From assembly GCF_964204645.1 (NCBI RefSeq), contig NC_134027.1:4744485-4808484 (forward strand): a stretch of 64,000 bases of DNA, in the 5' to 3' direction. How positions within the stretch are numbered: the stretch's first letter is position 1; each line of letters begins with the position of its first letter. The translations under genes were made by a program, and so were the position numbers. Shown piece by piece: positions 12,346-24,089 of the stretch. Under the pieces are notes generated by a model that saw nothing but the letters and a program-made list of their open reading frames with translations, was not told where the DNA came from and did no database searches. This DNA is from Tubulanus polymorphus (taxonomy: Eukaryota > Animalia > Nemertea).

Positions 12346-15218
12346 AGTGTTATAATGACAAGAATAGGTTTGATCTTACACAATATTTCAGACGCATATT
12401 TCAGCTAAACTTCTCCCCGACAAAACATAATGGCTGCTCGCGCATGAATATATCCTACATTGAACTATCCCCATACACTTTCCACATCTGCACGCGATAA
12501 AACATACATTTCATAATATTTTATCCACAATTGATTGGAATTACATTGTTCACAGCAATAAATATCTGATTTCACTACAGATTTTTTCTACTTAAAGAAA
12601 GGTCTATAATGAGCGAGTAGGTATACAAATATTTCTGAACCCGGAAATGTTGTTAGGCTCATGAATGTTGTTCTGCTATTTTTTCTCATTTTCGATGCTT
12701 TTGATCAGGATTTTGTATTTTTCCATCGATAATTTATCAATTCGTCATGAAGGATATCAATAATACATTATGAGATCCCATAGACACTGTATGGTGCATT
12801 AATAACGTTGCTGCTTGTTCGAAACGCTTCGATAAAAGCAAAATTATGACAAAATGTGTATTTACACAGTCGGTTGATAGATGGCGCTAATTGCTACATC
12901 AGCTGTACATTCTTGGTTCGAATCCCGATATTCATTTTGTTGTTAACTTATGTCAATAGATGTCAGCACTGTAGATTCGGACTCGTTGTGTGTGTGTGGG
13001 TGATGCCATCATTAAATGTTCGACTTGTCATGTCCGTAAAATGTGAGTTTCAGTTAATTGTAGACTATATATGATCTAAAATGGTTAAAAATGCACCACC
13101 ATCATGCATGATACACTGACAGTACTCGTACATTTGATTGACGGCTACCGGATGAAATTTTGTTGTGGATCTAGATGTTCCATTCTTTTTTCTCTCGTCC
13201 GCGATCGAGGTCAGAGGTTCTCTCAGGTTGGCAGGTTCCCGTCGGCCAACCTTTTTAGGCCAATTTGACGTGAAATAGCAAGTTACCTATTCTATCTACT
13301 GAAGTCAAGAGAAGGAGAGATAAAGATATGTTATGATGGGATGATAACTCTAGTCTTATGTCATAGGATTAGCGATTAGAAAGCAGCACTGCCATTTGCC
13401 TTGCCATCCATGATTATGCAACCACATCAAACTAGTACGGAACTAATTATCAGTTTGAATACGAGACTTGTTACGGTCCCCTACAACCTGTTGTTTGATG
13501 AATTAGACTAGTACAGACCTAACTTAACAGCCGTAACTTAACTATCAATCATGCTATCAAGAACGAGACCGCTTCAATTAGTCTGTGGTTAAGTTTTTAC
13601 CATTGCCTGTCCGTCCATGTCTTATCGCCAGGGCTGCATGATAACCCAATAAAAAGACATCAGATATGTTTATCACAAAGTAGAAAATGTGTAATTGATA
13701 TGAACAGATTACGCCAGTTGCTAGTGTACAGTTAAATTCCACAAACAAATTTTTGGCCTACATTTTTTGATAACACTTAAAAAATAAGTGAAAGTAGATT
13801 TACTGCCATGAAGGTGAATTATTGTTCGTTTTGGCAAACATACATTACGGTAATGCTCAATTGGGTCGTCACTGTTCTAGAAAGTTCAGGTCTAATAGTT
13901 GGCTGAATAGCTTTTTATGTTGTTTAACTGGTTGATTCATAGAGCGAAACCATGTTCCATATTTAGGATGAAGCTTTATTAATCAGTTAATTGAATGGAT
14001 TTGATGAGTTGATCGGTAACTTGGGTTCCGGATCGAGGGTTCTTCAATGCTAGACTGTAATTCGAATGAAAGAACAGGCCAATCCTGCTAGTATGTTTAC
14101 ATAATTCCTAAACTTTTTATTTGGATTGTTACCTGCAAATTTATTACTTTCAAAAATAGCTTGTTCCACATGAGTGAAAACAAGGTCAAATGTATGTACT
14201 TTTTACGCACGTGTAAGGACGAAGAAATGCTTAATGCAAGTATTATTCAACTTAAGTGAATTTCATTTGTTGATTTTCTAGTCATTGCACATGAAGGTGA
14301 GACACTTTGGCTGGTAAATCTATAATATCAAATAAAGAATTCTGCTCGATATTCATGAACAAAGTTGCGAATATTTCGTTTGGACATTTTTCATTTGAAT
14401 AAAGGTCTTTATATATTTCAAATTCTTGTTATTGCAAATCTTGTCAGCACGAATGAAATCTTCATACCAGTATTTCACATATTATGTATTATCAAAGTGT
14501 GGATTGATATTTCTGAACCAGGGGATCTCTGGAAATCATCATAATAAACATGTTTGAGTTCATAGAAAAAGTGGAATATTTCTATTTTCTGTGTATTGGA
14601 CAAAACATGGTGAATGCCGGTATGGCAATTTTCAGTATCGGTACTAGAAATTTCTAACCAGTTATAATTCTTATCTAATCACACGTATTGTGACCTGAAC
14701 TGTATATTATTCTCTAGCCAGGAATCGTTGCTCAACATGTGATCACTATTGATTTCTGATATGTGATTGATGATATTTTTAGAAGAATGATTTTCAATTT
14801 AGAATTGCCCCATCTGTCGAAGTCCACGTATAGTGTGTATTTGACATCTTCAATGTACTTTAATTAGCTTTCAACAATAATTCGAAAGAACAACAGCTTT
14901 CTATTATTGATTTTATCGAATTTTTTTCGAATTATTGTATCATTGGCTTTACACTGTTCATGTCATTGACGTCAGCATTTTAATCATATTATTTTCATTT
15001 TAATCATACATTCTAATATCGCAGTTAAAACTGGTTTACCAGGCACCAGGTAAATTTATGTTCAATTGATTCAATTTGATATCAATTCGTGTGGCTTTTT
15101 CAGGTTGATTCAAACATTTCAAGTCGACAGGAACAGTTCAGAAAGTAGGCGAAGAAGGAATGCTGTATTTGATATACTTAGAGTGTGACAACTTCTGATT
15201 TGGGGAGCAGCTGAAAAC

Positions 15219-17562
15219 ATGAAGAATGTAGACATTACAACTACTGATGTAATAATCATAGGTAAAATAAAAAAGCATCTGAAGTTATTTCTGTGAGTTA
15301 CAAATTCTCTACAATATATATATCTATTATTTTCAGGAAATGGTCCTTCAGCCATAAGTTTGTCTTACTTATTGTCTGGAAATTGGCCTTATTACAATGG
15401 AAATCCTGTCCCAAATGAATATTTACAGTATAAATTAGATGAATCAAACCTAGAGAATGTGTCAATTATTGAACAGGTAATGTTGTGGAGTTTTAAGGTG
15501 TTTCGACTTTTATGAATTTCAATCAGTACTCTGGAAGATATCTAAATTGAATGTTGTAGGATCTGGAATATTTGGCTGAAGGTCTGGAAGGTAGATCAAC
15601 CAACCCTATAGCGCTGTTATTTGACACATTGTATCACCCTAATGCTGATCTGGGAATGGAAGACCCATCTGCTGTAACATGGAAACATGATTCTAGTCAT
15701 ATTATCAACCACATGGTGCTCGGTAAAGGGCCTCCGGGTGGTGTTTGGCAGGTAAGGGATCATTGCTGATGAAATAGTCTTTTCATTTTGTGACATACCG
15801 GTAGTCGAACCTAAGCTATTGATAATTTTAAAGTAGAAAAAAATCTGTGTGCATCTATTTTTGCGTCCTTCATTTCAAGTCAATCAATATGCGGATGACT
15901 ACATCACTTAGTCTTAACGGGCACTTTGTAATTGTTTTACCTGCCGATCTGTCTAAATCATCATTCTGACTCGATTAAGCCATATGATATGATATCTTGC
16001 TCAGAAATTTTAATTGTAGTTGAGTAACACGGTCTAGTTGAGTTTCATGAACTTATATGAAATTCAATTTGATTTTTTCAGCAAAAAAATCAAGCCCAAA
16101 TTCTATTCAATTTTATTTAGCATAAATTGTAGGGAAGAAATTAACCTGAATTACTTGTCGTCATTCCTGCCACATCCACTGTCAACGAAAAATGCGTAAA
16201 AAATATTATGACATCACGACTGAATCTTCGAGGCCCATGTTCATTTCTGTTTACAAAAATTTGAATTTGCTCGATTTCAGACTCTCGAAGGAGGAATACA
16301 GACTGTGAGCCTCGGAAACTGGATGGAACTACCTGACATGCCATTTAAAGAATGGAGTACACAATATAGGAAGTAAATAGGTTTTTGTTTTGAGTTTTCT
16401 ATGTAAACCGAGCAACCGCATGTACCGGGTAGATATGTTGTCATTTAGTGTGCTTGAAATTTATACCTGCCGGTAATTACCTCACTGATTACAATTACAG
16501 CAAATCATATTCTGCTATTATTATTTTTGCAGATCTCGTGACTTGGTTGATGGTAAAAACATAATTTGGAACAACGAATTTGCGAGCACCGACGAAGTGG
16601 GACAGTATTACATGGACTATATAAAAAACAAAGGCATTAGCAATAGGTTTTATAGTTTTCACACGGTAACATCCGTGTGTAAAGTGCAGGATTCTAAGAG
16701 GCTAGTAATAGATGGTGAGAATGGTGAAATTACTGGAGATATCAATGTCGATAAGAACTTCATTTGGGAAGTGTGCGGACAGAAAATCGTTATACATAAC
16801 TGTGATAAAGATCCGGAAATCGAAGATTTCTGTTATCGCGCGATGAACGTCGTTCTGGCGACCGGTTCGAGCGATACTCCCAATCGACTGGAGATCGTCG
16901 GTGAAAATCTTCCGTTCGTGATGCATTCGATGAAAGAGCTCGAACATCAGATCATCGATGGTTCCAATACGAGATCGTCGTCGGAGTCGGTAGTCGTCAT
17001 CGGAGCTGGGTTAACGGCTGCTGATGCGGTTTTGTACTCGCTCGAAGCGAAATTGAATGTGATACACGTGTTTCGACGAGAGGCGAACGATCCGATGCTT
17101 ATTTTCAACAAACTACCTATGAGCATGTACCCTCAGTATCACCGAGTTCATCGTTTAATGCGAGGTATTGAATCTTCAGATCGATACACACCTTACGCGA
17201 ACTGTAAAGTAAATGATATTCTGCCGGATGGAAGGATTGTTCTAACAAGTGAAGATTCCTGTGATATAATGTTAGAAGTATCTCATGTGGTCGTGACAAT
17301 CGGCGCGAGACCAAATCTTTCATTTCTGAATAACGAAGGCAGAAATCTTGGTATCGTGCCCGGTGATCTTATAGACAGTAAAAACAACTTGATTGACATT
17401 GATCTGATTTCTTACGAATCCGTGAATGAACCTGGTTTATTTGCAATCGGACCACTAGTCGGGGATAACTTCGTTCGTTTTCTGTTGGGTGGTTCCCTCG
17501 CAATTACCAGTCACCTGTGGAAGAATCGCAGGTTGCCGGTCGGGAGAATTACCACACTCTGA
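15219..17562 (+). CDS. OSGIN: Oxidative stress-induced growth inhibitor (OSGIN1/2 pro-ortholog), FAD-dependent oxidoreductase fold, 5 coding exons
   Basis: Exons 15219-15261, 15337-15476, 15560-15751, 16281-16372 and 16533-17562 give DVIIIGNGPSAISLSYLLSGNWPYY, EQDLEYLAEGLEGRSTNPIALLFDTL, VLGKGPPGGVWQ, TVSLGNWMELP, VVLATG, VVIGAGLTAADAV and GLFAIGPLVGDNFVRFLLGG, all characteristic of the OSGIN family. Confidence 0.92.
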
Positions 17563-19257
17563 TGCGGAGACCAGATAATAAGTTTAAAACCCATTGTGTA
17601 TAGAATTTAAGAGATTAAAAACAAATTTGATTGATCAAGAATTAAAATCAAAGTACCGGGTACTCGATGTTTCAAACTCTCACTATAGAGATCATCGTCA
17701 GGTGTGAGGGAATAACTAGAAATTGGGGGGGGGGAGTTACAGTGGAGAACAAGGAATTCTATGAAGAAAAGTCGTATTCAAATTTTTCCTCATATCTGAG
17801 TAACGATTAATTAGAGCGGATTATTAGAGGAATAGATAATTTCAACTTAATTAAAGTTGAATCGCTCATCAGTGTTCCAAACATGATTGGCTACGCTTCT
17901 AGCCAGTTTTTGGTTTATCATGTCTTTTATGTGTTCCGAAATTCGAGTTTTTAAATCGCAACCAATTCTGTATATAGCGGGTTTTAAACTTATTACGTTA
18001 CCGGTTATTGTATGAAATATAAAATGAATAGCAGGTATTAGAGATCTGGATCCGAGCCTCAACCATAACACAAGAGTCACGTACTCTATCAATGTTACAA
18101 CATTTCAGGAAACTTTTTTGCCTAGGGTACCTTATATAATTACAGGTAGAGTAAATTGTTATGGCATTTAACATTTTTAGTCTCGTTATAGCTGAAGATT
18201 ATTTTCGGTTTCATCTATAGCATTCAATTTATTGTTAGAAGAACTCAAATTGTGTGGCCAGTTGTTTGCCTCTTTCCACCACCATTGCACAATCATTACC
18301 TTTGATGGGAAAAAAACACTTATGGAAACAATTGACAAATATGTTCATTTGTGCAATGCATCTTTTGAAGGCTTATATCTATATATATTCTCTGCATTCC
18401 ATTGTCCACTATTGCTGTTAAAATATTTGTTATATGGTATCAATTTGCACAATCGATTGCTTTCTGATTTTGAATTCACCTTTTTGTCCATCCTCCCTCG
18501 GCAGGTATTCAAACCGGATCACATCGACATTGTGTTTGTAGCGTTTATTATCATCGTATTTACATTATTTTATTGTTTTCTATCTTCCTTGAAAATTAAT
18601 GGAATGTGTTTTGATTTCATTTATTCTAGCGTAATTTATAAAATAGGCATTTTTTAGGCATTATTGCATAATATGACGCAAGTTGATATTTTAAGTGTAC
18701 GTGCATAAATGTAATAAAAAGTGAATTATCTAGCGTGTTCTATGAAATTATCAGAATCACTTAACACCCATTTGTCCATTTATCTGAAGTTTATTGAATG
18801 ATTATGGATAAGAATTGTACGGCATAGAAAACAAATTCAAGGACTTGGACTTTGTCAAAAATAGATGTATTTTTGACATGATGCACAACGCGAAACGAAT
18901 TTACTACATTTTTCATTTATTTAAGCATCTTTGGATGGAATGATGATGACTGTGCTAATCCAGAGTGTTGAAATTTTTATAAACTTGAATTATTTTTTCA
19001 ACTAGTAAGAGAGAAAACTAGTAAGAATGAAACAGGTATCAAGTTCATGGTAAAGCGTTTTCCCAACAATAAATAATACAGTTGTACATAGAGGTACTGG
19101 TATGTACTTCCCTAGTTAAATGTATAGATTATGAAATTCATTAGAGTCACAGATACCGATATTCTAATCATACCCTGGTAGATTTAGATTTTAAATCCTA
19201 AATATTATGTCATATGATTGTTAGTTAAATTGTAGTATAGAATTAAACAATGGTCTA

Positions 19258-19643
19258 CTATTGGTAGAACACTATATCCGTGTTGACGCGATGAGGAGAG
19301 AATCCCACAATGATAATAAAAAGTCCGAAAATGAAACTTCGAGATAGTAGTTTATTTCAACGTTTCGACTATATCCTAATAGTCATAGGAAAATTAACGT
19401 AGAAACAGTTACACGCTATTTTAGCGTGTAACTGTTTCTACGTTAATTTTCCTTTAGTTTGTATCATCTCTGATTACTTGAATTAGTCTCTTTGTCTCTG
19501 GATTGTATATATATCTCATAATTTCTGTAGTATCTCATTATTCCTGAAGATGACTATTAGGATATAGTCGAAACGTTGAAATAAACTACTATCTCGAAGT
19601 TTCATTTTCGGACTTTTTATTATCATTGTGGGATTCTCTCCTC
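19258..19643. mobile_element. Palindromic Penelope-like element remnant (two inverted pLTR-like copies) flanked by a 13-bp direct repeat
   Basis: Perfect 94-bp inverted repeat 19293-19386 / 19550-19643 and perfect 32-bp inner inverted repeat 19387-19418 / 19422-19453 (3-nt loop). AAACAATGGTCTA occurs at 19245-19257 and 19644-19656. Contains a hammerhead core followed by AATAAA. Confidence 0.8.
19538..19584 (+). ncRNA. Minimal type I hammerhead ribozyme (Penelope-associated type)
   Basis: ttattc-CTGAAGA-t-gactat(taggat)atagtc-GAAAC-GTT-gaaataa: conserved core boxes, 6-bp stem II, palindromic ACGT in place of stem III, GUU cleavage triplet, and stem I ttattc/gaa(a)taa. Confidence 0.75.
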
Positions 19644-20264
19644 AAACAATGGTCTAATATTTGATGTTATGTATGGTCATAATTATGATAGCACATTGCC
19701 TCATCCCTTTACAGTTTAATTTTTGGAACAGAAAATGGTTGCAGTATTGGCGATTTATGTTTTTAAGCTGTACGCTGTGTTAACCTGATAGGCTCATAAG
19801 GATGTTCTTTCCGGAAGGCTGTGTTAGAAGTGCAGATATTTTCTGAATTTTATAGTGATTTAAGTGAATAAATTTAGATAAAAGATATAAATGTGTGGAC
19901 GTTTTCCTTTCATGCATCGGATTCTTTTTATCCGAGGTCGTCACAACTAACAAAGCTAGTGTCTGCTACGATTGGATTGAGAGGTATTGAAGACTTGTTC
20001 TCGATTCTCGGAATAGTGTGCACTAAGATTCCCTAGTTCACGTGTTGTCTTAACCCGTCCGTAAAAATTAATTTGCGCGAGACACAAAAGTGTAAAATCC
20101 ATGATTGACAATAAAACCGGTTTTCTACGGAAGTATGTATTGGCCTTTGAGGGACAATTGTACTTCAGGTATGTTTTTTTCTGTGGCAGTTATACTGGAT
20201 TGTGATGAGCTCGGGCGCATATTAACGTATTACATTTCAATAAAGATAAATTGGAGACATTATT

Positions 20265-22110
20265 ATGATGTACTGGAATTCCTATTTCTGTTTCGTATCG
20301 AGTTGTTTTCTGGTGGGCAAGATGTCACCCGAGATCGGTGCTGCTCGTAAAATCCCGCAGAACTCACTCGCAGATCCGACGAAGGAGCCATCGGAATGCG
20401 GAGTATGGGTCAAATCGTACGTGTGTGATCCTACGAGAATATTACGTGATGGAGAAGGTAAGATTATTCAATTGTCTGACAGGGCAATCATAATGTGCAT
20501 GGTTTCATGGTTTGTGGTAAGTCTACTGAGCGCAACGTACCAATAGTGCTACTATTTTAGGAAAAAATGTTAAGGCCAAGATTTGTGACTACTATGCAAT
20601 TATTGGTCGTGTGAATTCCGAGGAAAGTGCAGATTACGGTGTTCTTTAGGGTTAGCCTGGGTTTGCTATGGTTATGGGGATGGTTTCTCGAATCCTGTAG
20701 AAAAAGTGCCTTACTAAATTACTGACTTATGCTTAAGCCTCACTATATACATGCCATCGAAGAATAATGAAACTAAAAAGACAGGTGGATTCTGTAAATA
20801 GTTTACAATACTCCCAGTCTCGAATATCATTATGAGCGAAAACCCACAATGTCAAATCTAAACATTTGTCAAATTAACTGAAGATGGGTGGAAGTATTCC
20901 ATCTGAAACGTAAAGAATAAAACAATAGCAGTTGTTTAGATTTCGTGGATTCTGATCTTGAACTTGAAATCGAAAATCGAAGAAAAGTTTAATGGTTGGT
21001 CGAATTAACATAAACATCCGCATAAACCAGTCAAACAGTTTCTTCGACCTAGAGGATAGAAATTCTGATTATATGTATGTTGATCTTTTTGAAAATAGCA
21101 ATGAAACTGAACACGAAAATACTGGATATTCAAAACACTACACCGTGTACTTGCGATAAATGCCAAAGAAAAACTGCGAGTGGCTACAAGTTTGCTATCG
21201 GCCTGGTGTCCAGCATCCCGCTTGAAGTGTATGTTATCTGAAAATCTCGAGAGTTCTAGTTTAGATATATATGGCTAGTTTATAAAAATGCAACAAAATC
21301 TATTTCCAATCCCCGCTTTATATACGTATGTCATTATGCAGGCAACAATCGGCAAAAGAAGCAACCCATTTGTTCGCGGAATACCTGCGGAATTCAAGTT
21401 GGAACTATGGCGGAGACTGTGGAAATGATGCCGTTATATTTCTAAACACAGAACATAAATTGGTAAGAATTATATTTCATACATGTATAGGAAACCATGA
21501 TAAATATACGCAAACCAAAATATAATGGAAGGATATTGAAAAAATGTGTTGCTGTGAATGTGAAAATATTTTCTTTTAATGATTATAAGGTTTATACCGC
21601 GACTGGTATCAGAATCAAGAAAATCATTGATGACGATTGCGCTTTAAAAGTGTACAAAGCTTCTAAAGATAGCTTTGACGGCAGCAAATATTACGAAGGA
21701 CTCAATAAAATGCTGGGATTTTATGCGTAAGTGCTGAAGATCATTTGATCGCCTTATCAATTATAAACTTACGTTTCATTTAATACATTCTTTTTCTCAG
21801 GGTGATTCTGGCCAACGAAAAATGCGAATTCAGGACAGGTTTGAACACAGGAGCTTTAGCTGGAATTGTTCTGGGTTTCGTCGTTGCAATTTTGGCAACG
21901 TTCTGTTTGCTCTGGTACTGTCGACAACGTTCGAAGAAGCAACGCCAAAAAAGATATTTGCAAACTTCCGCGGCAGCGATTAAGAGGTCGGATGTATCAT
22001 CACCATCATCCGCACAAAGATTGACTTCCAGTAAACCCAGACAACCAACGCCACCGCAAACCGACGGAGGCGGTGGCAGCGATACAGAAAGTGTCAATAA
22101 TCAGGAATAG
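20265..22110 (+). CDS. TPM-domain single-pass membrane protein (MOLO-1-like), 5 coding exons
   Basis: Exons 20265-20457, 21099-21228, 21342-21462, 21590-21726 and 21801-22110 are in phase: LADPTKEPSECGVWVKSYVCDPTRIL, TPCTCDKC..GYKFAIGLV, FAEYLRNSSWNYGGDCGNDAVIFL, VYTATG, YYEGLNKML, then a TM helix (GALAGIVLGFVVAILATFCLLWYC) and a basic stop-transfer tail. The start codon and signal peptide are uncertain. Confidence 0.78.
20878..20921 (+). ncRNA. Second, divergent hammerhead core (stem I not evident)
   Basis: CTGAAGA-t-gggtggaa(gta)ttccatct-GAAAC-GTA-aag-AATAAA in intron 1 of the TPM gene. Same layout as 19544-19585 but with a different stem II sequence. Confidence 0.5.
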
Positions 22111-22411
22111 ACATGCTTTTGCAGTTTCAATCATGAACAGGCCCAATTCATCCTAGATGTCTAAACTCTAAGCAGGGACTATATTTTTTAATACTTTAAA
22201 GAAAGACTTTTTTACAGTTAAGATAAAATCTTTTTACGCGGGACAATCGTGTAAATGCTGCTTTTAATTCATTTCACTATTCAGAATATATAGAGAAAAA
22301 ATAGAGTTTTTTCTATTAGCATTTTCTTGTGTTTATTTGATATGCAGCTGTATGTGCACAAAAACAAATCAAGAGACATCATTAAAAACAACTAACATCC
22401 TTAAGTGAATA

Positions 22412-23644
22412 TTAAAAGAAATCTTTCATTGTCAAATAATCCAGTAAAATATCCGGTAAAGGAAGTTTTCTTAAATTCTCATTAAAATGAAACTCAGATA
22501 GTTGATTGCGAATAACTATCCTGCAAGTTTCATTCAGGCGTCTGGGATTTTTCTGTAAATTTATAATAGCAAGTCGTATGTCTCTACAGTCATTACAATT
22601 CGACAGTTTGCGCAATAAATTCTCATGAACTTTCACTGACTCTGTTCTCGCTTTGTAACCCAATAAATAAAGTAAATTCACTAATTGTAATTTAGCAGAA
22701 AATTTTCCATCCCATCCATGGAGCAAAGACTGAGCAATACTATTAAACAAGTCCTCTAATTTCAACACGAATGGACTTCCAAAGCCGGATTCTATGAGCA
22801 TTTGTAGAAATTTGAAGTCACTTAAAGATTCTTCCACAAAGTCTAGAAACTGCGATGAGTTTTCTAGGATTAGATTAGGATTTGCGCCATTGTTCAGTAA
22901 GACAGTCAACAGTTCAACATCATGATTCTCCAGCGCAAGATCAATATACCGCATATTACAATGAGAATAATTCATACTTCCACCTTCTTCCTCATCCATT
23001 ACTATTACATTAAATGCAAAACCATTAGCATCCGCACCTGAAAATATAATGAACACATGGAAACTTCATTTCTACTTAGATGTTTCCCCCTCAACATTTA
23101 TCATATAATTTACCAGCTTTCAGGATGGAATCCACCATATCATATTTGTGGAGTCGACAGGCTTGGTATAACGGTTCAAATTTAAGAATTTGACTGTGAA
23201 AACTTGTTTCAGTAGATCTGACTTTGTAATTAGCTCCTTCAATTAAAAACAGAAAAAATTATGAACAGATAGACCTTCCATGGCTGGTGATAGCGGCAGC
23301 CTAGCTACGCAATGGAACCTGACCTGATTTCAAGAGGAAAGATAGCATTTCAATATTTCCACATTCTATAGCTATTGATATTGGAGTATACATCCTATAA
23401 TCAATAAGAATCTCCATCCGTGTCATATCTCTTGAGCAGGGATCAAATGGAATAGGTTGACTTATATCGATTCCAAGATTCACCAATTCTTCCAACTGAA
23501 ATAGGAAGCACAGCTAGCGCATTATGGAGGTAGAAAATATCAGGAACCATATTGTACTTTTATACAAATAAATACCTGTTTTAGATTATTCGTTCTGATA
23601 GCAGAACACATCGACACCTTCCACGACATGATGGATCTTCTCAT
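22412..23644 (-). CDS. Ankyrin repeat and SOCS-box protein (ASB-like), 4 coding exons
   Basis: Exons 23644-23576, 23495-23324, 23236-23114 and 23037-22412 are in phase. Ankyrin-like repeats: TPISIAIECGNIEMLSFLLKSGAN, EPLYQACRLHKYDMVDSILKAGADAN, YIDLALENHDVELLTVLLNNGANPN. C-terminal SOCS box: PRRLNETCRIVIRNQL...LRKLPLPDILLDYL. Confidence 0.85.
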
Positions 23645-24089
23645 CAACGTCAGTGACGATGTTAGAGTGGTAGAGGACCGTGTGGTTGGTAGATTATGTG
23701 ACACCACCCTTTTCTATACACCCGTTTTCAACCTACGAACAATAATCAGACATAGAAGCATTGGTTAAAATTCATTCAAAACATCTCAATAAAGATAAAT
23801 CAATTTCTCTGCCTGCAGTGCAGGGGTTGTAGACGATCGATTGTGACAGTTCTAAAACAAATATGTTTACTGGAATTGTAACAAATCGGAACTTTGACTC
23901 GGATCAGATCAAAGTCCATGTCCGCATATTACGAGTAACACTTGCGGTTACAGAAATTCGTAGCTTTATACCCAAGGTCGTCGGCGATTGTAAAAAAACT
24001 TAAAATCACGAAATTGGAACAAAAATAAGATATTCCCGTGGCCTTCCAACATTTGGAAAGCCATCAAGCCCTAAAATACCAGTAGCGGA

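Noticed and set aside
18232-18657. 141-aa hydrophobic ORF downstream of OSGIN
   Set aside because: Starts at TTG, has T-rich F/L/I-biased composition typical of a 3' UTR, and shows no homology cues.
20645-20686. Telomere-like TTAGGGTTAG...GGGTT...GGTTA run
   Set aside because: Under two perfect units and highly degenerate; likely a fragment of a common repeat, not an interstitial telomere array.
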